DNA from: an uncultured Planctomycetaceae bacterium | Lineage (GTDB): Bacteria; Planctomycetota; Planctomycetia; Planctomycetales; Planctomycetaceae | Direction: 5' to 3' | Length of the DNA stretch: 64,000 nt | Assembly: GCA_963813715.1 (NCBI GenBank) | Contig: CAWFAK010000007.1 | Span: 448,001-512,000 of the forward strand | Shown here: positions 11,201 to 22,912 of the stretch, one piece after another | How positions within the stretch are numbered: position 1 is the stretch's first letter | Layout: every line of letters starts with the position of its first letter | Notes under the pieces: generated by a model | Databases searched by the model: none | Seen by the model: the letters and a program-made list of their open reading frames with translations, nothing else | Told to the model about the DNA's origin: nothing | Translations under genes and position numbers: made by a program

Positions 11201-12667
11201 ATGCGAACGACCACGCAACGGAGTGTCTGGATCCGAATGCTGGCAGTGGCGTCGGCCGGCATTCTTTGGCAGGGGTCGCCCGCGCGAGCTCAGCCGCGCA
11301 TCGTGGTCGCACCTCCAAACGTGGCTGGGGACGAAGCTGGCGAGGCGGCGGCCGCCACGTTCGAGTTCAATCAAGGAGCGATGGTTTTCTTTGACGAGTC
11401 GGCGGTCCAGACTCAGCTCGAAGGTCTCGTCACGAAAAAGATCGCCGTCCTCGATCGTCGCTATCACCTGAGCGCCGGCCAACAACAACGATTGCGGCTC
11501 GCCGGTCAGGGCGACATTCGGCGATTGTTCGAGCGCTTCCACGTGGCCCGAGAGAAATTCGTCGCGGCCTCGCGCCGGCGAAACGAGGAGGAAATCCGCC
11601 GCGGCCGAGCCGCCGCCGCCGTTCTCAACTTCGAGTTCACGCGGGGGCCGTTCGCCGAGGCATCGCTGTTCGCGAAGGCAGAAAACGCCGTTCTCCTGCC
11701 GGAACAACTCGCCACATTCGAGCGCGGGTGCCGCCGCGTCGCCGCCGGCTCGACGCGGAAAATCACGCTCGATAACGCCCGCCGCCTGCAGACGGCCGCA
11801 CTGTTCCGCAAAGACGTCCGCCAATTCGGTTGGACGCCGCGAAATGACGAAATCGCGATCCTCGGCTTCTTCGGGACATTGGAGATCTGTGCCCGAGATA
11901 CCCTGCGCGTGCGGCGGTCGTTGGGCAAGGGGCACTCGTTGGGGCCGTTTGACGTCCGCGGCGACTGGTGCGCCGTGGGCCCTGGCGACGAGTTGACCCA
12001 GGTTTACCTCCTCAATGCGTCGACCGGGCGCGAAGTCGTGGTCCGGGCCGATTTCCATCACGCCACTGCCGATCTGAGTCCCGACGGCCGCTCGCTTGCC
12101 CTGGGCGGCGACGGAAATCGCACCGTGCTCTGGTCGATCGAAAAGAGCGCACGGGTGCGCGAGATCGGCGCAGAACTCACCGGCGGTCCACTCACTCCGG
12201 TCTTCAGCCCGGACGGCAAGATCGTCGCCGTCGGCAGTGGCAACGGCCGCACGTTCCTCTTCGACGTCGCCAGCGGACGGATGCTGCATCGGCTGCAGTG
12301 GCAGGCTAGCCATGAATTGAAATTCGATCCCTCCGGAAAGCGCCTGGCGGTGGCGTATCACGATGGCAACCTCGCCATCTGGGACGCAGCCACGGGAGAA
12401 CTCGCGCAGCGGGCGCTGGGCCGCGTGCAGGAGGTCCATACCATCGACTGGTCACCCGACGGCAAACTACTCGCGTCGGGCGGACTGCTGGGCTCAGTGA
12501 CGGTGTGGGATGCGGCCACCCTCAAGTCGCTCATCGATCTGGATGCGCCGGACTTGGTCCACTGCGTGCGCTTCAATCCGGAGGGAACACGCCTCTACTT
12601 TGCGGGCGGTCCGGCGCAGCCGAGCCGCGTGTGCGACCTGGAAGTGTGGGCCGTGCCGGCCGAATGA
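11201..12667 (+). CDS. secreted WD40-repeat protein with N-terminal helical domain
   Basis: Signal peptide; repeated FSPDG / WSPDGKLLASGG / V.VWD WD40 motifs. Confidence 0.88.
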   Translation: MRTTTQRSVWIRMLAVASAGILWQGSPARAQPRIVVAPPNVAGDEAGEAAAATFEFNQGAMVFFDESAVQTQLEGLVTKKIAVLDRRYHLSAGQQQRLRLAGQGDIRRLFERFHVAREKFVAASRRRNEEEIRRGRAAAAVLNFEFTRGPFAEASLFAKAENAVLLPEQLATFERGCRRVAAGSTRKITLDNARRLQTAALFRKDVRQFGWTPRNDEIAILGFFGTLEICARDTLRVRRSLGKGHSLGPFDVRGDWCAVGPGDELTQVYLLNASTGREVVVRADFHHATADLSPDGRSLALGGDGNRTVLWSIEKSARVREIGAELTGGPLTPVFSPDGKIVAVGSGNGRTFLFDVASGRMLHRLQWQASHELKFDPSGKRLAVAYHDGNLAIWDAATGELAQRALGRVQEVHTIDWSPDGKLLASGGLLGSVTVWDAATLKSLIDLDAPDLVHCVRFNPEGTRLYFAGGPAQPSRVCDLEVWAVPAE

Positions 12668-12697
12668 CAGGTCGGATTGATAAAACCGGATGCCTCG

Positions 12698-13090
12698 ATG
12701 CCACACCCGCGCGTGCTCGTTGTTCTGCCGCTTCGGCTGGCCGTTTGTCGACTGGGGCCGAAAGACCCGCTGCCCGGCTGGGCAACCGGCGGCGAGTTCT
12801 GTTCGATCACTCGGACGGCCGACGAGCTGTCGATCGTCTGCTCTCAGGATCTCGTTCCCGACGGAACGCGCTGCGAACGCGAGTGGCGTTGTCTGCGCGT
12901 CGCCGGTGCGATGCCGTTCGAGCTGCTCGGCGTCGTCGCCGGGTTGACGGCGCCGCTGGCGGCCGCGGGGTTGAGCGTCTTTGTCCTCTCCACGTTCGAC
13001 ACCGACTACCTGCTCGTGAAGCAGCCGCAATGGGCCGCCGCGCTGGAGGTGTTGGGGCGTCAAGGCTACGCGATCGACGAGCCAATCTAG
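12698..13090 (+). CDS. ACT domain protein (ACT_7/CASTOR-like)
   Basis: SITRTADELSIVC, WRCLRVAG, PLAAAGLSVFVLSTFDTDYLLVK. Confidence 0.88.
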   Translation: MPHPRVLVVLPLRLAVCRLGPKDPLPGWATGGEFCSITRTADELSIVCSQDLVPDGTRCEREWRCLRVAGAMPFELLGVVAGLTAPLAAAGLSVFVLSTFDTDYLLVKQPQWAAALEVLGRQGYAIDEPI

Positions 13091-13324
13091 CCGGCGTAAG
13101 CCCGCGGAAGTGCGTGGCGAGCGAACGCAGCGCGAGTATAATCGGGCCGTGCCGCCGGGCCTCATTTCGGGTCGCGTCTGCTCGGAAAATCCCACGGCAC
13201 TGGCCCCATCGTTTCGACCGCCTGTTCAATTTCGTCACGGCCGCTTGAGATCGAAAGCGGCTCGACATTAAATGACACCAACAACCTGAAACTCACGCGG
13301 TCCCGAAATTTACGCGGAGCAGCA

Positions 13325-15058
13325 ATGCCGGCCGACAGTGCCAAAGACGCGAACGAAGCCCGCGCAACCCCCACGTCCTCCGGCAATCCCGGCGCGACTG
13401 CTAGCGGAGACGGCGCACGGCCCCCAGCGGCGGATGCAGCCTCAGCGCATGCGGCAGCTCCGGCAACCAAGAACCGCGCCGCGCTCGCCCGCGCGGCGAA
13501 TTGCTCTGTGGGTCGTCGTGGCCGTCGGCGTCGTGCTGGCTCTCATTTACGGCGTCCCGACGATCGTGCGGATCTTCAACACGATTTCGACGGACGACGC
13601 GTACGTGAACGGTCACGTCACCGCGGTTGCCGCCCGCGTTCCCGGCCAGGTAATGAAAGTCTTTGTCGACGACAATTACCGCGTGAAGAAAGGGGCAGCC
13701 TGCTGGTCCAGTTGGACAAGGAGCCCTACCAGATCCAGGTCGCCCTGAAAAAAGCGGCCTACGAAAACTCCCAGGCCAACCTGCTTGTCGCCATGGACGA
13801 GGTCCGCGGCATCGCTCGGCAATGCGCGGCAGCAATCGGTTCAAGCTGCAGCATGCGATCGAGGACGTCGACAATCAGGTGGCGCTGCTGCGAGCGAACA
13901 TCGCCACCTTGAAGACCCGCCGGGCAACCCTCGTGCGAGCCAAATCCGACTACGATCGCGCCCTCGAGCTGCGGAAGACGCCCGGCGCGATCGCCCCGCA
14001 GGACGTCGATCAACGATCGCGAAGCGTACGACGTCGGCCAGGCGCAGGTCACGCAGGCCCTCGAGTCCGTTTATCAGATTCGCGTTGGCCTGGGGTTGCC
14101 GGCCAAATCGAAAAAGGAGGGAGACGACGCCCTCGGAGAGGTTCCGTCCGATCTCGACCAGACGTATTCGACCGTCCGGCAGGCGCTGGCCACTTTGCTG
14201 CAAAGCGTCGCCCCCCTGAACTTTTTCCCCGCTTCATACGAACTCACTCCCCGGCAAGCCATCGAGCAGTTTTACCGCCAAGATCCGCAAGGGAACCTCG
14301 ACCGCATTTACGCCAAGCTCATCAAGGAGGCGCCGGCGATCAAGCTGGCGGAGGCCAAGCGCGACGAGGCCAAGTCCGACTACGACCAGGCCCAGTTCAA
14401 CCTCCGCTATTGCGACGTCGTCGCCGAGATCGACGGCGTGATCACGCGGCGAAACGTCAACCCGGGCAACAACGTGCAGGCCGGCGAATCGCTGATGGCC
14501 TTGCGCTCGCTCACGGACATCTGGGTCGACGCCAACTTCAAGGAAACGCAACTGCGCCAGCTGCGGATCGGACAGCCGGCCGAGCTGGAAGTCGACATGT
14601 ACGGCAGCCACAAGATCGTTTAAGGGGCGCATCTCGGGCTTCACCTACGGCACCGGCTCGACGCTGGCCCTGTTGCCGCCCGAAAACGCGACGGGCAACT
14701 TCATCAAGGTCGTGCAGCGGTTGCCGGTGCGCATCGACCTGATCGACTACGATCCCGATAAGGATCCCCTGTTCGTCGGCCTGTCGGTGGTTCCCTACGT
14801 CTACTTCAAGGAAAAACCGACCGGGCCGAGCGCGGGGAAAGTGCTGCAGCTGGAGACCGAGCTGCCGATCGTCCACCCGGACGCGCTCCGCACAATCCGG
14901 TGCCGCCCGCGGCACACGGTCTGGCGACACCGACCGCCAGCCCGTCCACAGCCGCCCGAGGGCGGTCCCGCTTTGCCGACGCCGGCCGCTCCCGGAACAG
15001 GCCCCCGTCGCCAGGCGATGGAGCCAAGAGCGGAGCTCCGACGAGGCTCGCGCCGTGA
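13325..15058 (+). CDS. HlyD/EmrA-family membrane fusion protein; multiple frameshifts
   Basis: STDDAYVNGH, IDGVITRRNVNPGNNV, WVDANFKETQL, LLPPENATGNFIKVVQRLPVRI in successive frames; GTGA overlap with the next gene. Confidence 0.88.
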
Positions 15059-16659
15059 GCACGCTTGCCCTGGCGCCAGCCACGACCGGCCACAATCAAC
15101 CCCTGGGTGGTCGCCATTGTGGTGGTCATTCCGACCTTCATGGAGGTGCTCGACACCACCATCGCCAACGTCGCGCTGCGCTACATTGCCGGGGGGCTGT
15201 CGGCGGCCGTGATCGACAGCGAGTGGGTGATCACGAGCTATCTGGCCGCCAACGCCACGATTCTGCCGATTTCGGGGTGGCTCTCGGCTCGTCTGGGCCG
15301 ACGCAACTACTTCATGATTTCGATCGCCATCTTCACGATCGCCTCGGGCCTGTGCGGCTCGCGACAAGCTTGAACCAGTTGATCGCGTTTCGTGTCCTGC
15401 AGGGGCTGGCCGGCGGCGGTTTGCAGCCCAGCAGTCAGGCAGTCCTGATCGACGCCTTTCCCAAGGAGAAGCAGGGAGCCGCCATGACGGTCTTCGGCCT
15501 GGCAGCCTTGCTGGCGCCGGTGATCGGGCCAACGTTGGGGGGCTACCTCACCGACTATTACAACTGGCGCTATATCTTTTACATCAATCTGCCCGTCGGG
15601 ACGGTGGCACTGATCGCCTGCTGGCTGCTGCTGGACGATCCCCCGTATCTCAAGGCCGAGCGCGCCGAGCTTTTGAAGAGGCCGCTCAATTTCGACTACA
15701 TCGGTTTCGGCCTCTTGGCGCTCGTCATGTCTTCGTGGGAAATCATGCTCAGCAAGGGCCAGCAGTGGGATTGGCTGGGCGACGTCTTCTGGCGGATTCA
15801 GACTCTGGTGGTTCTGTTCTTTGGGGGGTTGTTCTTCTTGGTCCTCCGCGAGACGCGGATCAGGAACCCCGTGGTCGACTTTCGTCCACTGCGCGAACGG
15901 AACTTCGCCGCCTCGTGCATCATCATTTTTTGTGCCTACGGAGCACTCTACGCGTCGAGCACGTCGCTTCCGGCCCTCTTGCAATCGTTGTTCGGATACG
16001 ATGCTTACCACTCGGGTCTGGTCTTGTCGCCGTCGGGAATCGCCTCGATCCTCGTGTTGATCATTGTCGGCCGATTGCTTGGTCTTGGCATCGACGCCCG
16101 CTGGTTCATCGCGATCGGACTCTTGGTGCTGGGGGCTTCCGCATACTGGACGTCGCTGCTCAACCTCCAGATCAGCCCGTGGCAGGTCGTCTGGCCGCGG
16201 GTCGTGCTGATCGCCGGCCTGTCGATGATTTTTGCCCCGATCAACGTGGCCGCGTACATCTATACGCCCCGCGAAATACGGGGGGCGGCGGTTGGGCTCT
16301 TCGCACTCTTGCGCAATGAAGGGGGCAGCGTCGGGACTTCCATGGCCCAAACCATCCAGGAGCGCCGCGAGACTTTTCATGAGCTGCGGCTCGGTGAGCA
16401 TCTTGATCCCTTCAACCCGAACGTTGTCGCGTTCGCCCACCAATCGCAGGCGGCCCTCTATCGGCTCACCGGCGACCCGGTCGGGGCGAAACGTATGAGC
16501 TTGCAGGTGCTCGAGAATCTGCGGCTGCAGCAGGCGTCGTCGCTGGCTTATTTCGACGTCTTCTGGGTGACCGGCGTGATCTCGTTCGCGCTCGTCTTTC
16601 TCGTGCTGCTCATGAAGCGATCGGTCGCCGAAAAGGGCGCACAGATCGGCGGGGAGTGA
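15055..16659 (+). CDS. DHA2/EmrB-family MFS efflux permease; 2 frameshifts near the N-terminus
   Basis: FMEVLDTTIANVAL, WVITSYL, FRVLQGLAGG, PVIGPTLGG, WRYIFYINLPVG, RNEGGSVG. Confidence 0.92.
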   Translation: MSTLALAPATTGHNQPLGGRHCGGHSDLHGGARHHHRQRRAALHCRGAVGGRDRQRVGDHELSGRQRHDSADFGVALGSSGPTQLLHDFDRHLHDRLGPVRLATSLNQLIAFRVLQGLAGGGLQPSSQAVLIDAFPKEKQGAAMTVFGLAALLAPVIGPTLGGYLTDYYNWRYIFYINLPVGTVALIACWLLLDDPPYLKAERAELLKRPLNFDYIGFGLLALVMSSWEIMLSKGQQWDWLGDVFWRIQTLVVLFFGGLFFLVLRETRIRNPVVDFRPLRERNFAASCIIIFCAYGALYASSTSLPALLQSLFGYDAYHSGLVLSPSGIASILVLIIVGRLLGLGIDARWFIAIGLLVLGASAYWTSLLNLQISPWQVVWPRVVLIAGLSMIFAPINVAAYIYTPREIRGAAVGLFALLRNEGGSVGTSMAQTIQERRETFHELRLGEHLDPFNPNVVAFAHQSQAALYRLTGDPVGAKRMSLQVLENLRLQQASSLAYFDVFWVTGVISFALVFLVLLMKRSVAEKGAQIGGE

Positions 16660-16918
16660 GCCCGCGGATTGCGTCTTCTTCGGCGACATTTCGCGTTTCC
16701 GCGCACTTCGGCAGAGAACCCGGAACCGTTTCGTCCGGAATAAACGGCACCCTCCGCGCCGCATTTTCGTTGCGTTCGCTGCTTCCGGTAAGCGCCGCCT
16801 TCCAAACGTGCCGACTCAATCGGTTGCAACGATTGCGCCGGCGTGCGCCTGCGTGCCACGCAAGGTCTGATTGAGGTTAGGGATGACCGCTCCAACGATG
16901 AGTCCCGCGCACCGCACA

Positions 16919-18707
16919 ATGGATGGTCCGCGCACGAAGGACTTTTGCGAATCCGGCACCCGTCCGCTCGGACGATCGGCCGTGACCGCGCGGGGCTGCC
17001 TGGTTCGCGCCCTGCTCGCCGCGACCCTCACCGCGGGATGCACGACGCCGAGCGAATACGTGCACAACGGCTTCAAGGTCGGCCCGAACTATTGTCCGCC
17101 CGACGCGGCCGTCGCCGCAAACTGGATCGACGCGAGCGACAAGCGCGTGCGGAGCGATTCGGACGACCTGAGCCAGTGGTGGCGGGTCTTCAACGATCCC
17201 GTGCTCGACGGCCTGATCAACGACGCTTATCGGCAGAACCTCACGCTTCGCGAGGCCGGCTTCCGCGTGTTGGCCGCCCGCGCCCAGTTGGGCATCGCCA
17301 TCGGCAACCTGTTCCCGCAGCAGCAATACGCCTTCGGCGACTACTCGCGCAACACGATCAGCAAGGAAACGGCCAACAACATTCTCGGCATCGGCACGGC
17401 GCTCAACGTGCCCGGGCTCCAGCGGAACTTCAACCAGTGGGATTACGGTTTCGGCATCGGCTGGGAGCTCGACTTCTGGGGCCGCTTCCGCCGGGCCGTC
17501 GAGGCGAACGAAGCCAACCTGGGCGCGTCGGTCGCCGATTACGACGACGTGCTGGTCACGCTCTTGGGCGACGTGGCGAGCAACTACGTCCAGTTCCGCA
17601 CGCTCGAGCGGCAGATCGCCTACGCGAAATACAACGTCGACTTGCAGCAGCAGACGCTGACGATCGTCGAGGCGAGGTTCCGCGCCGGCACCACGGGCGA
17701 GCTGGACGTGCACCAGTCGCGTTCGACGCTCGCCCAGACACAAGCCGGCATCCCCGAGCTGGAAATCAGTCAGCGTCAAACGGCTAACCAGCTCTGCATC
17801 CTGATGGGCATTCCGCCCGAGGACCTGCAGGCCCGGCTCGGAACGGCCGCCATTCCGACGACCCCCACCGACCTGGCCGTGGGCATTCCCGCCGATCTCC
17901 TGCGACGCCGGCCCGACGTCCGCCGCGCCGAACGAAACGCGGCCGCCCAGTCGGCCCAGATCGGCATCGCCGAGGCCGACTTCTACCCAGCGATCTCGAT
18001 CGTTGGCACGATCGGCTACTCGGCCGAGGCGTTCCCCAACCTGTTCCGTCAGGCCGCGCTCGACGGGACCATTGGCCCCAGCTTCAACTGGAAGATCCTC
18101 AACTACGGCCGCATCCTCAACAACGTCCGCGAGCAAAGGGCCAAGTTCCAGGAGCTGGTGACGGCGTACCAGCAAACGGTCCTCAACGCCGATCGCGAGG
18201 CGGAGAACGGCCTGATCACGTTCCTCCGCGCCAAACGCGGACGCAGTTCCAGACCGAAAGCGTCGACCGGGCACAGAAGGCCGTCACGCTGGGGCTCGTG
18301 CAATACCAGGCCGGCACGGTCGACTTCACCCGCATCACGCAGCTCGAACAGAACCTGGTGCTGCAGCAAAATACGCTCGCGGTCGCCCGCGGCGAAATCG
18401 CCCAGGGCCTGATTCAAACCTACCGCGCCTTGGGTGGTGGCTGGGAGAATCGTCAGGCGCTCGACGCCGGCACGTCCGGTCCGCAAGAGGTCGTGCTGAC
18501 GAACGTCGTGCCCCTGCCGGGAGCCCCACCCGCCCCGCTCCGCCAGCCCAAGCGCCGCCGGCCCAAGCATCTCCGGCCCAAACTCCGCCTGTCCAAGCTC
18601 CGCCGGCCCAAGTGCCGACCGCCCCGGTTCCGGCGGCCCCTATGCCGGCCAAAACTCCAGCGGCGGCAACTCCCCCAGGCCCGCAAGTGCCGAATCCGCG
18701 GTATTAA
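16919..18707 (+). CDS. outer membrane efflux factor lipoprotein (NodT/TolC family) with Pro/Ala-rich tail; frameshifts near 18240 and 18530
   Basis: LTAGC lipobox, KVGPNY, WWRVFNDP, WELDFWGR, PADLLRRRPDV, YRALGGGW. Confidence 0.9.
18540..18620 (+). repeat. imperfect 15-bp tandem repeat (about 5 copies) encoding PPAQ[A/T/V]
   Basis: ccgccagcccaagcg / ccgccggcccaagca / tctccggcccaaact / ccgcctgtccaagct / ccgccggcccaagtg. Confidence 0.7.
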
Positions 18708-18832
18708 GCCGCGTGGGCCGCGTCATCGTTCTGCGTCGAATCGGCGCCGCAAGAAAACAGCCACGGACTGCGTGAGCAATCCGTGGCTGGCTAAAAGCTT
18801 TCGCGAAGCAAAGCCGACCCTGTTGGGCCGTC

Positions 18833-20631
18833 TCAACCTCCGCAGCAGTTGCAGGCAGCTGTGCACGCCGGCTGACAAGCCGGTCCTACGGGCACTTGCA
18901 CCGTCACCTTCTGCGGCACCATCTTGCAGACCTGGACCGTGACGCTCTTCGTCACGTTCACCGGCACGCAGACCGTGTACTTCTCCGTCTGCTTGCGCTG
19001 AACCAGCTGGCAGATCGTTTCGTTGTACGTCTCGGTCTTCTGCTTCGGCACACACACCGTGTAGTTCACGGTGCGAGTCTGCTGCTCGTTCACGTACTCG
19101 CAAACCGGCACCGTTCGCGTCCGCGTTTCGTTCTTCGTCAGGCAGACGTTGTACTGATAGGTCTCCGTGCTGGGGACCATCTCGCACACGCGCACGGTCT
19201 GAGTTCGCGCCTCATTCCGGGTCAGGCAGACGTTGTAGTTGTACGTCTGCTGGGTCGGCACCATTTCGCACACGGGCACCGTCCGGGTCCGGGTTTCGTT
19301 CCGGGTCAGGCACACGTTGTACTGGTACGATTCGGTCGAGGGGACCATTTCGCACACGGTGACGGTCCGCGACCGGTTCTCGTTCCGAGTCAGGCACACG
19401 TTGTACTGATAGCTCTCCGTGCTGGAGACCATCTCGCACACCTTGACGGTCTGGGTCCGGGTTTCCGGGCGGCAGAGCGTGACCTGATAGGTGTAGGGAA
19501 CTTGAACGGTCTGGACTTCATTGCAGGTGTAGTTTTCCTGCTTCTGAACCATGTTCGCGACCCACGTCCGGCAAGTCGCCGGAGCACACGACGGAGTGTA
19601 GGCCGCCGTCGTGCAACCGCTGCCGACAGCCGCCGTGCAGCCGCCACAACCCGTATTGCAACCGCCGCAGCCCGTGTTGCAGCCACCACAGGCCGTCGCG
19701 CAACCGCCCGCAGGCGCCAACCGCCGGCCGCGGCCGGAGCCGGCCGATCTTCCCAGTGGCCCTGATCGACGCACACAGTCCGCGTGCGAGTGACAGGAAC
19801 CGTGTGACACTCAGTCCGCGTTCCCTGCCGATTTTCGGTGTAAGGAACTTGGACCGTGTACGACTGAGCGACCTCTTTCCACACCGGCTTGCAGACCGTC
19901 CGAGTGCCCGTCCGCGCTTCCGTGTAAGGAACGCAAACGGTGTAGTTCTCGGTGACCTGCTTCGACACCGGACGGCAAACCGTCCGGGTGCCCGTCCGCG
20001 TTTCCATATAGGGAACACAAACGGTGTAGTTCTGCGTGACCTGCTTCGTCACCGGCTTCATGACGGTGCAGGTGGCCGTCCGCGTTTCCGTGTACGGAAT
20101 GCAAACGGTGTAGTTCTGCACGACGTCTTTGTAGACCGGCTTGCACACCGTCCGAGTGCCCGTGCGAGCCTCGGTGTAGGGAACGCAGACCGTGTAGTTC
20201 TCGGTGACCTGCTTGGTTACCGGCTTGCACACGGTGTACGTTTCCTGCCGCGATTGCTGCTGCTGCTCGTAGACGGTGTAGGTGCGAGTTTTCTGCACGG
20301 TCTGGGGGACCTGCTCGCAGACCGTCACCTCGCGCGAACGCTCTTCATTGTGATATTCGACCGAGGGAACCTGCCGCGTCTCGTTAACGTAGCTGGGCAC
20401 CATCACCGTGCGTTCTTCCGTGCGATACTGGGGAGCGCACGGAGCGGCGGCAGCCGCCGGAGCACACGGGGCGGCGGCCGTCGCACAGGGCGCCGGAGCA
20501 CAGCCCGCAGCAGCGGGGACGGGAGCGGAACTGGGAGGCGGTGCACATTGAGCGGCGCCCCCTTTCGCGGCAAGCGCTGACCACGTCAGCACCGCCATCC
20601 AACAGACGGTGTAGCGATTCTTTAATGTCAT
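18833..20631 (-). CDS. secreted Cys/Val/Thr-rich repeat protein (~600 aa) with two 14/28-aa repeat arms and a Cys-Gly hinge; one frameshift near 19716
   Basis: AAGGAG SD before ATG 20631 and a signal peptide. Arm 1 repeat YTVCKPVTKQVTEN-YTVCVPYTEARTGT, hinge CGGCNTGCGGC, arm 2 repeat VCEMVPSTESYQYN-VCLTRNETRTRTVP. 84-nt periodicity in the DNA. Confidence 0.9.
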
Positions 20632-21222
20632 GCGGGACTCCTTACAAAGGTGCGCAACTCTGCCCACGTGCCCGGCGACACTGCGAGCGCTCCCTCGCCC
20701 GGTGACCCCTGGCCGCAGGTCGGATCTAAAACATCCCCCCGTTCCCTCGACCCACAGCTGCCCAGACTCTTTCCGGCAGCAGCCACAGGAGAACGAAGGC
20801 TCAGTCGTCAAACTGGGAAAGATACGTAAGAAATACCAAGGGTTCGCCCGCTTCGCCAGTGTTTCCCAACATAAAGCGCAGCACGGTGATTGCGTTCGAG
20901 GCACCCGTCGCATCGCGATGCCCGCGTTTCGCTCGGAAAAATCGCGGATCCGCGCAGTTTTTCGACACCGGTTTCAAAAACGAAAAAATGTGGGGCGAAG
21001 TTGGCGAGGCCCTGCACTCGGTGGTTTCGCGTGGCGTCGGTGGCGAATGGCTCTCATTTCGACCGTCGCTTGGCTCACATCCGGCCAGCCTTGCGTCGAT
21101 CGCGCCTCGTGTTTCTGTATAAAGCCGGGGAGCGGACTCGCGGCACGTTGCGCGAGGCAATCCGCGCAAAAAAATCCAAACGCACGACATCGCTGCGAAG
21201 ACGACGAGCTTCGGCGGGCCAG

Positions 21223-22091
21223 TTACTGCGCCTGCTGCAACAGCAGTACGGCAATGTCGCTCAAGAACGCGTCGCGGTCAACGCGCGAGCCCGGACCGCA
21301 ATTCACATGCGTTCGATTGGCCGTCCAGCCGCCCAAGATCGTGTGCGTCGGCTTGAGCAACTTCGCGTACTCATCGAGGAACAGCGTTGAAGGCCGGACA
21401 CGTCGGCCACGAGTGATTCGTAATTCGGCTGCGGATTGGGCGACGAATCGAAGTGCGCCTTGAGTGACCCGTCGAGCAGGCCTGCCGTCCGCAACGCCGG
21501 AATCAGTTGCTCGCTTAAGTCCCGCTCCAAAGTCGCGCAAAACGGCGGTTCGCGCAACAGCGTCAACAACAACTGCGGATTGCCGCGCAGGCCCACGATC
21601 ACGCGACTCTGGTACGGCTCTTCGATCCCGTTCAGCCTGGCGAGCTGCGACATCAAATCGCCTTCCTTCTCCAGCGTGAAATAATGTGCAGGCAGCTTGA
21701 GCAACGACGGCATGTCGTCCTCGGGCAGCTTCGCGAGAAACGCCACCAGGTGCGCCTCGGTCGGCCGCTGCGGCTCGGGCATCTCAACCGCCACGCCCTT
21801 CCAGCCGCAGAGCCCAAACTGGTGCACGCCGAAACTCTCCGGCGTCGGCGTGCTGGTGTCGGACTGATGTCGACACAGTCGCTCCCAAAAACCCTTGAGC
21901 CTCCGCTGCTGCTCCGCGTCTGGGTGCGCCATCGACGCAAGGAAGCCGGCCGGATTGGCGAACGCGGCCCCGGGTAAGCCCATGTGTGCGAAGAGATAGG
22001 CGATCGACGGTCCGCCGCCAGCAGTCGGATTCGCCGGCGTCGGTCGAGCCGGCGCCGGCTCGCGACGCCGAAAGATGTCGCCAAGTCCCAT
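21223..22091 (-). CDS. hypothetical protein; probable frameshift near 21400-21480
   Basis: EMPEPQRPTEAHLVA..YFTLEK in ORF 21303..22091 plausibly continues into TILGGWTANRTHVNCGPG..DAFL in ORF 21223..21540. Confidence 0.6.
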
Positions 22092-22219
22092 CGCGGTGCC
22101 CTCCCCGCTTGCGAAACGTCTCGATCCACTGTCAGCGCCGCGCGATCCGCAATTCTCCGCATGATTCTGCGCACGATTTGCCCGGCGAGATCGACTGCCG
22201 CGCGTTCCTCGGCGAATCG

Positions 22220-22912
22220 TTATTTCGCCATCACTTCGGCCAGCTCGTCGTAGGCCTTGAGATACTCGTCCAGCACGGCCTGCATGTCGGGACCGTCGGG
22301 CATCGTCTCGAGCTGTTCTTCGAGTCGCAGGATCTTCCGCACGAGCGGCCGCACCTCGAGCGTTTTATCGACGCCGATCAGCGAGCGGACTTCGTGACAG
22401 TCGGGACACTGGCAGACCCACTTTCGCCCGGCCTCCATGTCCCGCTTGATGTGCGCGTTCGCGGTGGCCCGCATGTGGGCCATGTCGCGCGACACCGGCA
22501 CCACCGCCGGCTCCGTCCGCCGCGGCCACGCTCCGCCTTCCCGCCCTTTGCCGAACCAAAACGCGAAGACGCCGCCAGCCACGATCGAAATCTTCGTGAT
22601 CGACTCCAGGTCGCCCAGGTGCTTGACGAAATATCCAAGGCTGGCGTCAACGATGAACGGAGCAAACCGCCACTCGGTCAGCACGCCCACCACCAAACCC
22701 AGCACGCCGCACGCAACGCCCAATGCGTTCGACTTCCCGCCCGAGAGCGCTCCGCAACCGAGGCCCAACACGGCCCCCGGCAGGATCAACGCGTAAAATC
22801 CCAACCGCGTTAGCAGGAAGAAAGCCGAACTGCCGACAGCCGCCCCAATCGCCGCCCCCACCAGCCCGGCCGGCCACTCGCCCGCTTTGACTTTTCCCAC
22901 ACCGCTCGCCAT
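22220..22912 (-). CDS. hypothetical membrane protein with soluble C-terminal CxCxxCH domain (possibly two genes)
   Basis: 4 Gly-rich hydrophobic segments, then WVCQCPDCHEVR and a helical tail. Confidence 0.7.
   Translation of the reverse strand: MASGVGKVKAGEWPAGLVGAAIGAAVGSSAFFLLTRLGFYALILPGAVLGLGCGALSGGKSNALGVACGVLGLVVGVLTEWRFAPFIVDASLGYFVKHLGDLESITKISIVAGGVFAFWFGKGREGGAWPRRTEPAVVPVSRDMAHMRATANAHIKRDMEAGRKWVCQCPDCHEVRSLIGVDKTLEVRPLVRKILRLEEQLETMPDGPDMQAVLDEYLKAYDELAEVMAK

Noticed and set aside
13137..13142. TATAAT upstream of the efflux operon
   Set aside because: No convincing -35 or extended -10 element; too weak to list
18900..20300. 84-nt DNA periodicity read as CRISPR or a non-coding array
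   Set aside because: Fully explained by 28-aa protein repeats with synonymous variation
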